A stretch of DNA of 64,000 bases from Amoebophrya sp. A120 (lineage: Eukaryota > Protista > Dinoflagellata), in contig CAJINV010000003.1 of assembly GCA_905178155.1 (NCBI GenBank), positions 11,105,737-11,169,736 of the forward strand. Direction: 5' to 3'. The position numbers and the translations under genes were made by a program. Numbering within the stretch: the first letter of the stretch is position 1; every line of letters begins with the position of its first letter. The notes beneath the pieces are model-generated. The model was not told the origin of the DNA. It was given only the letters and a program-made list of their open reading frames with translations, and did no database searches. This document shows, in pieces, positions 49,801 through 61,800 of this stretch.

Positions 49801-52800
49801 ATGTGGTCCTCGCAACACCATTGGATCTCGTGGTGACTACTTCGCCGCAGCAAGCGGAACAGAACGGTCCCCGAAATTTGCATGAGCATGCACAAGGACA
49901 GCAACCGTCAACTAGAAGAACCGAGATCAACTACCAAGAAAATCTACATCGCGGAGCTGTGGTTTTGCTGCCCGATACGAGGAACGCGGCTGACCAGCAC
50001 GATGCACAAACTTTGCAAAATTCGAAGAGAGCTCTGGACGCCTCACACACAACGACACAGTCTGCGGCCGAACCATGGTTCACCTGCTTGCGGAAAGATG
50101 TTGGCATGGCGGAGGCCGATCCCAGCGGGCTGTATTTAGACGTGGAAGAAAATGCGATTTTATGCAACCTAGCTGATCTGCAAAAGGGGGGCAACGACGA
50201 GGAAGACCACGATCATGCTCACGGCGTCGACCAGCAGTCCACGGCACAACCACCACGACGGCGCGCAAGGGCGTTGAGTGGCTACCAGTGCTGGGCCCAA
50301 ACGCCTGCAGACGAGAGCTTCTGTGAAGACGCATCACAACCGAAATTTACCGACCAAATGCTGTGCGACCAGGAGCCGCAGTGTCACTGGGGCCCGGTGG
50401 GCAACGACGAGGAAGAGGACCAGGGCCACTGCTTCGCGATTGCTGCAAGTGATCAAGCGTTCTGCGAGGATTCCGGCGCACCGCACTAGTATCCTGTGTA
50501 AAAGTATCGTGGACCTCCACGTACATGCGAATATTAGCATTGGTAATAGCCAAAAGTATTTTTGTGCACGGTAGCCCATTTGCTTTTGCAATTCGCTCCA
50601 AATCCAATTTTGAGGTTTCTAATTTGTTGTCAGTGCGATTCTTAGAATTTGCGATACTTTTACAATGAATGACCACCATGACGAAGCCATGTGTAACAGC
50701 GAGCCGCAGTGCGAATACCGCCAGGACAGCAGCAATGCTGGAGACTCGAGCTCCTCGCCTGCGCCTAGCGGCGATGGAGGCGGCAGCTGCTATGGCCGCT
50801 CCAGCATGCATCAGCAGTATTGCGAAAGTTTTAGTCACAGCCAAGCTGATTGCAATAATAATGCGCAATGCGAGTACCGATATACGACCACAGATTCCTC
50901 CTCTTCGACCGAGCCGCCGGCAACGGCAGGCGGATCGGGATCCAGCACACCACATTGCTTTGCGATTAACCCCGGGAATACCATGGACCAAAGCTTTTGC
51001 GAGGATCCGCAGGCTGCTCACTACCACGACGAGGCTATGTGCAACAGCCAAACAGGCAGGTGCGAATTCCGAGCAAACGACGGAGGGACAACCGCCTCGA
51101 GCTCTTCCGCCCCAGCGCCCCCAGGTGGGGCAGGTAGCTGCTACGGAATTCAGAGCATTGATCAGACGCACTGCGACGGTTTTAGCCACAGTGAGTCCGC
51201 GTGCAACAGCGAAAATCTGTGCGAGTACCGTTACACAACTGGGACTGCTTCCTCGACGCAGGCCCCGCATAGCGGCGGTGAAGCGCATTGCTTTGCGATA
51301 GATGGCACGGCGAACCCAGCGGACCAAACTTTTTGTGAGGATCCCCAAGCCGCCCACTTTCACGACGAGGCTATGTGCAACAGCCAAACAGGCAGGTGCG
51401 AATTCCGAGCGAGTGACGCCGGGACAACCGCCTCGACCTCTTCCGCCCCCACAACTCCGAGCAGCGGGAGCTGCTACGGTATCGCTGCAGTGGATCAACA
51501 GTACTGCGACAGCTTCAGTCAGAGTGCAGCGGAGTGTAACAACCATCCTGCTCAGTGCGAGTTTCGCTACGCAGGAGCTTCGACGTCCGGCCCGACCTCA
51601 TCGACGACCACAACCACGACCCCAATACCGGGGCCGCAGCTTCCCGATAATCCGCACTGTCGCTGTCGCGCGAACCCCGGCACCAGCCGCATCGAGTGTC
51701 AGACCTTTCCCGTCCGTCGCGTCGAGGACTGCGCCGAACTTTGCTACATGCGCTCTGCCGCCGTGGGAGTTTCGCCTGCCCAGGCGTGCGGGGGTTGGGC
51801 TGCTAGCGTGAACGTGACAGACACGGAGTTTGCGTCATTCGGAAAGCAGCACAATGCTAGCGACCAGGTCAATGTCATGTGCTCTTTGTATCGAGCCTAC
51901 AACACGACAGCGCTGACCCGGTTCACCGGTAAGGTGCCCTCGACAGGACCTGCTTCTTCTAGTGCAACACCTAGCCAACAGCAGTACCGGAGGGTAATAT
52001 CCGGCCCAGCAAACTGCACGCCCCCGGAGTTCGCGTGGCGCGGGCGGACGGGCGTGTGCGACGCGACGCAAGCGGGCTATTTTCAAGAAAACACAAAGGA
52101 GGTTGTGTACATGTCCGGGTTTCCCTTGATGGGCCACGTAAGTATCCCCGACTTTCTGCTGCCTGACTACCCGGAAGCGCACCACGGCTGTGAGAACCAG
52201 GATTGCAGCTCCACGAGAACGTTTTACGCCACCAAGCCGGAAGATTGCGCGTTCGCTTGCAACCTGTTTGGTGGTTGCATGCGCTACATGGTGCGGACCG
52301 CGTCGAAGGCAGACTTCGCGCACGACGGCAACGTGACCTGCAGTCTGCTGGGAAGCGCGACCACTTCCTCCGAGTTTTCCCTCGATGTTTTTGTCGCGGA
52401 CAAGCGGTGTTACCCGCCGAGCGTGGGCTGGGAGCTATGCATTTTTGCAAAAGTATTGTATTAGTCAGTTGTAGAACTAGAAGTTGTTGCATAATTATGC
52501 CGTTTCCAGCTTCTTCTTGCGGTTGCGAGAACGAGCAGAAACAATGCATATGTATGCGGCAGATTTATCTAAGAGCCGAGATTTGCGTTTGTCATGAATC
52601 AAGATGTTCGAAAATTTTACACCTGACTACTACGATACTTGTTTTGCAGTGGATAGAGGCTGGCGTACGGTGATTTTGCGCGGCTGCACGGAAACAATCG
52701 GCACGACCGGGACGTGCTCGGCGTGTACAATCTGACATTCGCGGTCGGGTTGAATCGCCTGTCCTCTGCGGAGGTGGAGTCGTTCTGCTCCGGGACGGAC

Positions 52801-55800
52801 CCTGGCCGCTTCTGGGCGGACCAGATTTTGGACAAGTTTGGTGGCGCCATACAAAGTCCAATCCCGGAGATTACAGACGGTCGCTCAAGCCTCGCGTGCC
52901 CGCTGCGCTCGACGAACTACGAAGTTATGAACAGTAGCAGCGTGGTGGGTGGACAGTCGGCCACGGATGGCGGCCAGCAGCAGGAGCAGCACCACAGCAG
53001 TGAATCCGCGTTCCTGCGGGAGGTTGAATTTTTGCGCGTGCGCCACCAGAGCATCGCTTCAGCGCAGAAGTTCCTCATCGCAGGGGGAACCACTAGCACC
53101 ACCACCACTTCGCACTGGCCCTGCGTTCTGCGCCGCGGAGCCTTGGAGCCTCGAAGACACACGTGGCCGGGCATCGTCCCGTCGTACTTCTGGACGCTGT
53201 TCCTTTCTCCCTTCGGGCTGAATGCAACTCTAGATCATGATGAAACGGGTAGTACTAGCGCTACACCTACAAGCAGCTCTCCTTCTCCAACACAAACCTC
53301 AAGCACCAGTTCGAGCGCGGAGGACCGCGACAGCCAGCTGTATCGAAACATTTCGAAGAGCTTCGAACTTTGCCGGCCGCGCATGGCGGCTCCGTTTTGC
53401 GAGCGCGTCCGCATCGGCGATAGCCCCGGGAAATCCGTGAAGACGGTCTACCTCCCGGACTCCTTTGCGGCAACAAGTTGCGATCCAAGCCAGGTTTTTG
53501 ACGCTGTGTACGGTCCGGAGCAGCCCGCCAGTGGCACGTGGGCTCTAAACCAGTACGGGCGCTATCTGACGGTCAATCGCACAGACAGGACAAACGGGTG
53601 GAGCCAACACTATTCAGTGCAGTGCTGCTACCCCACCCACTGGTCTAGCACGACACCCAACGAAACCTTGCATACAGAGCAAGTTCCGGGCCAACACCTC
53701 TACCGTGCTGTGCTGGACTCGTTCGCACAGGATACCGTGTACGCTGATCAGCGAGTGACGCCCACCACCACCAACGCTGACCTGCTCGGCACGACGCCTA
53801 AGCTTCCGGCGAAGCTGACCTGGAAGTTCGGCGTGCAGATCTACAACGGCGTCAGAAAAGCCATGTTCACACTGAGGCTCGCGGAGATCAAAGCCTATGC
53901 CTACGACAATCCAGAAGAGGAAATTCCTTTGGTCTTCACGGAGGCGCGGCCGAGTTTGCTCTACAACCAGGGCGACTACGCCGTGGATTCAAACCAGCAA
54001 TCGAGCGCAGAAGTGCCTCCCACTTTTGGCTACATGGAGGAGGACGGGATTTTTCTGGAATATCGGGGGGAACTTTCCTACCACGGGCAGCTGTTGGGTT
54101 CGCTGGTTTTGCTGTTCTCGGAGCTCCCCGTCAACGTGAAGGTCAGGGTCTTTGACGCCCTGAACCGGCCCGCGGATTTGATGGGACAAACGAGCTCACC
54201 ATCGACGTACCAGGCGACGGGTCCTTTTTTTCCCGAAAAAGCTTTTACCTCCTCTTGGCCGTCGACTTCGATCAGTGGGCAGCGGGTCCCGCACACGGAC
54301 GCGTATCTCCGGAGATTAGCGGACGGTAAAAACGCCCAGTACGTGGAGCTCAGCCTCAAGCTACGTGCGCGATCTGTCCCAGCACAGATCTTCTTTCTGA
54401 AGGCTGTCGCGGGCGGCGGAACTGAGCCTCTCCTTGCCGTGCGGCTCCGGGAGGCGAGCATGGAGCTCGTAGATCCCAGCAGCGGGGCGGTTTTGGAGCC
54501 CAGTTCTCTTCTCGAAGATGAGGAAAATCAAAATGCGGGAATGAACTACAAACTGAACTTCTACGAATTCACAGAATTTTATTTCCTCTTCACAACGACG
54601 ACGGATGAGGATGACGGTGGAGGGTCCTCCACCTCGTCCACGACAGGTGGCTCAACGACTAAGGCGAAGTTTCAGATAGGCCGGGGAAAAAGCGCTGTCT
54701 TCACAAGAACGCATATTGTTTCGAAAGCCTACGAGCTGAACGATCTCGATTTGCAAAGCACAGCGCTGCTGTTCGAGGTGGCCAGTGTGGCCGTGCGGCT
54801 GGATGATCCGGAGCCTTGCTGCGAGCCGTGGTTCGCTAACCACGTGTTATACGAGGGTCTCTATCACGAAAGGGACGCGACCACTGTCCTCCATGATCCC
54901 TTCACCCAAAAGCGGTGGCAGTACGACGGCTGCGCTGACGAGGCGCGATGGCACGCAAGCGATCGGTGGTACTTCCGTGACACCTACTTTCACCTGCCAC
55001 TCTACGCCCGCGCGTGTGGAATCGGGTTTCCCCGAGACGCGTACCATTTGATGAGGAATTTCCGAGAGCACAACCTCGTGCACCTGGACTACGACGTGGT
55101 CACCAGCGACCCGTGGGCTGGTACGGTATCGGAAAGCTTTGAAACTCGGGTGCTCGACACGCAAAGCGGTACGGTTTTCGAAGGCCCCGCGGCGTCGTTG
55201 AACTTGACAAATTATCTGGAGAATGTTGATGCCACGTCTGGCGTCACGCTTGTCACGTTGGGCAACCAGGGGAAGTGGAATGATCCCTCCGCGAACAGTC
55301 CTTTCCGCGTTAGCGTTTCGGTTCCGCAAGACATGCTGAACCTCCAGAGACCAGTATGCAGCGAAGCCGTAATTTTACCGCACACAACGACGTCGTACTA
55401 GAGAAATGAATTTACCTACTTGCATCCATAGTATGGCCCTTCTTGCTGGGACGACGAGCAAAATATATTCTCAATGTCATACAACAGGAGAAGTGGAAGT
55501 TTTCCACCTTTCCGTGCGCTGTAGTCGTGTGTCGTCGCGTGTGGTAAATCTAAATTTCTATTGCATAACAGCAGGAGAGCAACTACAAGTCTACCTTCCG
55601 ATTGACCTACAATACTTCCAATTACGGCGACGGCTGGCAGACCGTGGAGAGAGGCGACTTCTTGGGCTATGTGCTCGCCGCCGCTTTGAAACGCGCGTTG
55701 CAGGACGCTGCGAACTTTACCGCGGCCCAGCACTTCCTGTCCGCGGTGAAAGCCTCGCTTTACAACGACTCGCTCGCTGCCGGGCAGTTTCTCCCGAGTG

Positions 55801-58800
55801 CGGAAAAGCAACTTGCTTCCATCACGCACGAGCGCTCGGTGTACTACGACCCGCAGGGCACCACGTGCCTCCACGACTGCCTGCACAGGTACGAAACCAC
55901 CGTCGAGGAGCAACTTTACGGCGGGTACTCGAAGCCGACCTTTCCGTACACGGTCGGGAACCACACGGCGCACAACCGGGCAGAGTTTTTTCGGTACTGC
56001 CTCCCGGAAGTTGCAAACTTGAACGAGAACCTGACGCTCGCGACAGTGCCGCCCCAATTTGAAATGGACTCGCAGAACAGCACGCTGCGGGGTCTCTGCT
56101 GCCAAAACGGGTACTTGGCGGAGGTGATGCAGTGCTTTCGGCGCCGGTGCGATCCGGCTGGGGACGCGTTCTTCAACCGAGGAAATCCAAATCGGTACCC
56201 CTACTCCGCACCGTACGACAGCCTGTGGCGCCGCGCGTCCACGCGGACGTTCGAGGACCGCGATCTGGAGCGCAGCTTCTCCGCCTATATCCAGGAAAAA
56301 ACACCCATCCCCATCCATTTTTTGCATAACAGATAGTGCATTTTATGCATGTTTTCCATGACAAATTGGATGGGGATGGGTGTTTTTTCCTGGATAGCCT
56401 ACCACGCGATCGAACGGGGCTGCGACATCACGTACCAAGACCTTCTATCAAATGCAAAAATGTCTGGGTCTGGAAACTTGTGATGCTGTGTGGCGTATCA
56501 TGAGGAGGCGACAATTGCTGGCTCAGCATGACAAGTTTCTGAGCTTCTAGGTGTTGCCTATTCTGCATGACAAACTACGTTTCTGCTTGACAGAAAAGTG
56601 GGGCTCTTTGGTAATGTGCATGACAGATTTAAGAGTCATGCCAGACACGCATGACAAACTTGCATTCTTCCAGACCCAGACATTTTTACGTTTGATACCT
56701 TCGGGAAACGAGCAACGTCACGCTTCTGGCGGCCAGTGGCGGACAGGGGATGACGGGCGTGGTGAAAATTAGGGTAAGCCGGGTCTTGGCGGAGAACCGG
56801 TTGCTCAACGTACAGGTGAACGGTGCCACGGAAATTTTCACGCAAGGGCATCTGGATTTCATGCGACTGTCCATCTGGGACACACTGGTGAAAAAGTACC
56901 CGGCTTGGTACGACGACGGCGTGTTTGACGTCAGAGTCGACAACCCGCTGAATCACGTGGAGCTTGGACTCGAGTACGGCGGCGCGAGCGAGACGAGTGA
57001 CCAGAACGGCTTCTCGGAGACTGTGTTGGATTACAACCTCAAGACGTTGATACTCGGCCGGCTGCCAAGTCAGGCCGCCGCACAGCTGAAGATAGACTAC
57101 GCGACGAACGAGCACGGCTTCCACCTGCGCAGCGAGTGGAGCTCCCTCGGGTGCTTCCTCTCCGAGGTGGTTGAAAACTGGCTTGCTCCTCCGGCTGGTG
57201 CGGCAGCAGCCTCATCTGGACCACGGCAGCGAACACTGCAGGCGAGGGTTTTGACACAACAAGCCGAGGAGACTGGTGCGGAGGACGTTTCCGCGGAAAA
57301 TGCGTGTGCTCTGGCGTGCGCTAACTTTCGGTACTTTGCGCTGAGAGGCAGCAGCACGTGTGTGTGCGGCGATGCGTTTGGATCTGCTTTCGCCGGATCG
57401 GCGTCGGTGCTGAGTGTCAACCACACAGAGTGCGCGTGTCGCGCGCCGCAGCACACGCCCGCGACTGACAGCAGCGCTTCTTGTTTGTACCGCACCGGTT
57501 TCGGAGCGGATCAGGGTGCGCTGCGCTGGAACTTCACGTTTCCGCAAAGTAGCGCCGGATACTCCACCCTGTACCACACCGCGCAGAGCCGCCAACTGTT
57601 TGTTCCCCGAACCACGGACACGAGCTGCCTGCAGGAGCAGTGTTCTGCGGAGCTCTGGCACGGATTTGCGCGCCTTGGGATCGGAGACATCCAGGGCCAC
57701 GGGGGAAGGATATACAATTTTTCAGCGTATGCAGGTGGCGTCACGCTTCTGGACACCAGCCAGCGTGCGCTTTTTGACCACCCCGACCTGTTCCAGTTTT
57801 TCGACCAGGCCAGCGCCTTCCCGCTGTCGTACCACTCCGAGGGGAGCAGTGCAATGTCTACCGCTCTGGGCACGGTGATGTCGCCGGACCATTTCTTCCG
57901 CAACCTCGATGTTTGTCTGAACGTGACGAACACCACGGCCCCGGTACGATTCGAGAACTGTTGTCCTTTGCTATCCGCGTACAGCGGATGCGTTCTCGCA
58001 AAGTGTCGGCCCAATGCGACCTGGCGCTATGGGTATGACACGACGACCTTTGACGCCGAGGCGCAAGAAACTACACCGGGTGTCGGTGCAGTCACGTGGC
58101 CCGCAATCTGGCCCGGGATCGCCAGGCAGTGCCAGTTTTCCACCCCGGAAAACATGACCAAGCTGCAGAACCACACCTACCTCGGCTTTCGCGAGCGATT
58201 TGGCTTCTTCCCGCCGCGAGTAGACGTGGACGTGAGCCGGCGGTCCCGCGAAGAGTACCGACGGATCTTCACGGGCTTGTTCGCACAGGAACTGCTGGAA
58301 AGCAACCAGCTGCAGCTGTGGCAGAGTGTCTACGTCAAGAACGTTGGCGTCACCGCGTACGCGCGTCCCGTTTCCGGGTTGAGCTACAACCAAAACGGCA
58401 CGGCCACCGGCTCCGCGCCACTCACCGCGGAGTATCTGCTGGTCGACGCCCGAACTTTTGCGCGAGACCCGGGCGAGTTTGTGGTAGATGGGGCGGAGGG
58501 GGATGAAATGGCCCAGCACGGAATGCGGTGCGACGGGGGGGCGTTTCCGGGTGTGCAGCTGGAACCGCTCTCGGAGCTGGAGTGTGCGCTGCCCGCCGTG
58601 CGCAATTTCGCAGACCGCGCCATTCCTGAGCTGGTTCCAGAAAGTGGGGTAAGTGTCACGTCGCCAACAATGACGCTGTTTCGTGTGAAGCACTTCGCAT
58701 GCGAGTCGTGGTCGCTGGAGCTCATATCGGACGCCGAGCACTGCATTGGCGAGGCTAGCGCAGCAAAAAGTTGGGCGTCGTCAAACAACCTGCAGGTGGT

Positions 58801-61800
58801 GGGCGGTCGCGGCGTCACGGAAACGGACCCGAGGAACCCGCGGGGCTGCTATTGGGACGAGGAGGGGGAGCAGTTCCGCTACAACCTCGCGCCACGCACG
58901 CCCTATGACTTTCGGCTGACAACCCCACAAAAGTGGGTCCTGTGTAGTTCATCCTCGTCGCCAGGTGACAAAACTTGGCCAACGGCAGTCACCGACGACG
59001 GCAGCCCCATGCCCGCCAACCCCCAAGACTACCGCCCACAGGGTTGCCTGGTGACGCATCATCAAGACACGGTCACTATGTGGTACAACCAGTTCGTGGG
59101 CAACGCGCCCCAGAACAGCATGCGGCCCTCCTTTCCGGAATGGGTGATCTGCCGCGTGAAGAACGACCAGTTTCTGCAGCAGGTCGTTGACGTCGGGTCC
59201 GACGGATCCGTCAACGAGTTGCCACGGCAGGCGCTGACTGTGTCCAAAGACTACGGCGCGGTCACGCTCAACCGCACGCGGTTCGGAAGTCACGGACGCT
59301 CCGACGCCGCCTGGAACTTGACGGTTGAATGGTACTACGGGCCGTTTCGCGAGCCCTTCAGCCCGACCGCGCAAGAAGCTTTGAACGTGCTCGCATCCGA
59401 TCGCGCCGCGTTGTTGTCCAGGTTGAGCAGCGCCACAACTAGTACTTCGTCATCCTCGAACAACAACCCGGAGGTGTACAAAGATTTTCTCCCCTACACA
59501 GCCCAAAGCAACAGCGGCGCTTGCTTCGCGCCCAACTTTGTATCAAGAGCGGAGACGTGGGTGACGAGTCTGTCGGACGAAGTGCTGGTCCAGGTGCTTC
59601 GTGGTGATGCGGAAGTGCCATCTCTCACAACCTGCGAGCAGCGTTGCTCTGAACAGCATCGTTGCCGGTACCTTTCTTACTTCAACGAAAACGACGAGGC
59701 CCCCGCTGGAACTACGACCACAGGGGGAGCCACGCTGTGGCTTGCGCCGGGGCCCCTCTGCCTCTTGTGGGCCAGGTGCAATAGTACCGCGCTTTTCCGC
59801 GAATCGCCCGCCGATCTGATGGTGACGAGGCGCAAGCACTCGGCGGTCGTTCCATTGCCGCGCAACGCGACAATCTTCAGTGACAGCCCAAGCAGTGGTG
59901 CCAGTACTAGAAAAGCGTGGTTTACGCTGAACACCGAAGATCAGGAGACGCAGGAAATTTTTCTCTGGCGGGAACTGGTTCCAGAGGACACGTGGGTGGT
60001 CCCAACCACGAGCACGTCGACCACCACAACCACGACGCAGCCGTACCATTGTCTGCTGGTGCACTGCCTGTACAGCACTTCGCCCGATGCGGTAGACTGG
60101 GTGCAGGTCTTTCCCGAATTCAGCAACCACTATACAGAGAGCGTGACTTACACAGGCTTCTACGAGCGCCGGTGGCATCTTGATGAAGATGATGCCTCGT
60201 CATCCTCGTCGAGCACGACTCTGATGCCTCCTGGAGGCGCTCCTGCCAGTGGTGCTCCACCACGACGGGAGCTCGGCCTCCCAACAACGACAACTAGCGC
60301 GCCCCCGCCAGCGAATCTTGAGCTACTCAGCCTCCAAGACGCAAAGGTCGAGAGCTTTTCGCGATGTTTGTTTCCGTCCATCCGGCCGGAGTGCTGCGAG
60401 GCGGCGCGGCAAGTTGCGGTCTGTTACGCAAAGGCGCAACCCAGTCCGTGTCTCGGAGGGCCAAACGCCGATCTGGAGTTCAACACAACAAGCTTCATGT
60501 CGACGTGCGCGACAACCACTTCCACCAGCACAACAACCACGACACAGCCCTACGACTGCTTGCTGCAACATTGCCTGTACTCCAACACGATTGACTGGCC
60601 GCAACTCTACCCGAACTTCAATAACGACTACGAGGAGAGTCCCCTCTATGCAGGTTACTACGAGAGAAAATTTAGCACCACCACAACGCATGTGCCAGGG
60701 ACCACGCCCGATCCAGCGAGTAGTACCAGCGACGGACCTCCGCGATTGCTGTATGAAGACAGTTCTTCTAGTTCGCCACCGCCGGTGGGTGGTATCGGTA
60801 TGACCTCCACTATGGGTCCCCCGCCTAGCTATCTACTGCGCTTCGAAGACGCGCAGGTGGAGAGCTTCTCGCGCTGCTTGTTCCCCTCGATTCGGCCAGA
60901 ATGTTGCGAGGCAGCTCGACAAGTTGCGGTTTGTTACGCAGCCGCGAGTCCGAGCCCCTGCGTCGGAAATACAGATCGGGAGTTCAACACGACGAGTCTG
61001 CTGTCTACCTGTGCGACAACCACAACAACGACTACAAGCACGAGCACAACGACAAAGCCGCACGAGTGCCTCATTGTTCATTGCCTGCACAGCGGCAGTA
61101 TCAATTGGCGACAGGTTTATCCCGATTTCTCGAACCAGTTTGAGCAGAGTGACACTTATGCAGGGTATTTCACGAGACTCGACGCCATCGCGACAACGAC
61201 CGTGCCGCCCGCTTCAGCCGGCACGACGAACCCCCCCGACTTGACGACCTCTGCGCCCCCGTCCTCTTCCCCCGCAGCTCCAGGTGGTATAGCGGGAGGA
61301 ACCAACACGAACAGTCCCACGACCACGACGTGGGGACCGCCGAGCCATTTGGTCAATTATGGGGATGCGATCGTCGAGAGTTTCGAGCGGTGCCTGTTTC
61401 CCTCGATTCGCGCAGAATGTTGCGAAGCGGCAAGGCAGGTCGCAGTCTGCTACGCGGACGCGAGTCCGAGCCCCTGTGCTGGAAATTCGGATCTAGAATT
61501 CAATACGACCAGCCTGTTAACAACATGCGCCACGACGACCAGCACGACCACGACGACGACCAAAGCGTTTGACTGTCTGCTGCAGCATTGTCTGGCTTCT
61601 AACGCAGTTGATTGGCTACAGGTGTACCCGAGTATGCATTGCACGATGAAGAGTGTCGTACTCGTAGTCGTACTAGTGGGAGATGCATTTTTACATACGA
61701 GCTTTATTTCGAAGAACAAAAGTGAAATTTGTCAGGAGAGGTAGAAGCAACTACAGCAATTAGTACGACGAGTTCTTCTACGATACAACTTTTGCAATGC

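Noticed and set aside
56442-56698. CT...AC register suggesting a minus-strand GT-AG intron
   Set aside because: The coding frame is clearly on +; the match arises by chance from DR CCTTC and the terminal A.
42810-56772. Duplicated small protein MLPILHDKLRFC (42810-43061 minus, 56551-56772 plus)
   Set aside because: By-product of the two inverted 252-bp introner copies; the ORFs lack ATG starts and run past the element ends.
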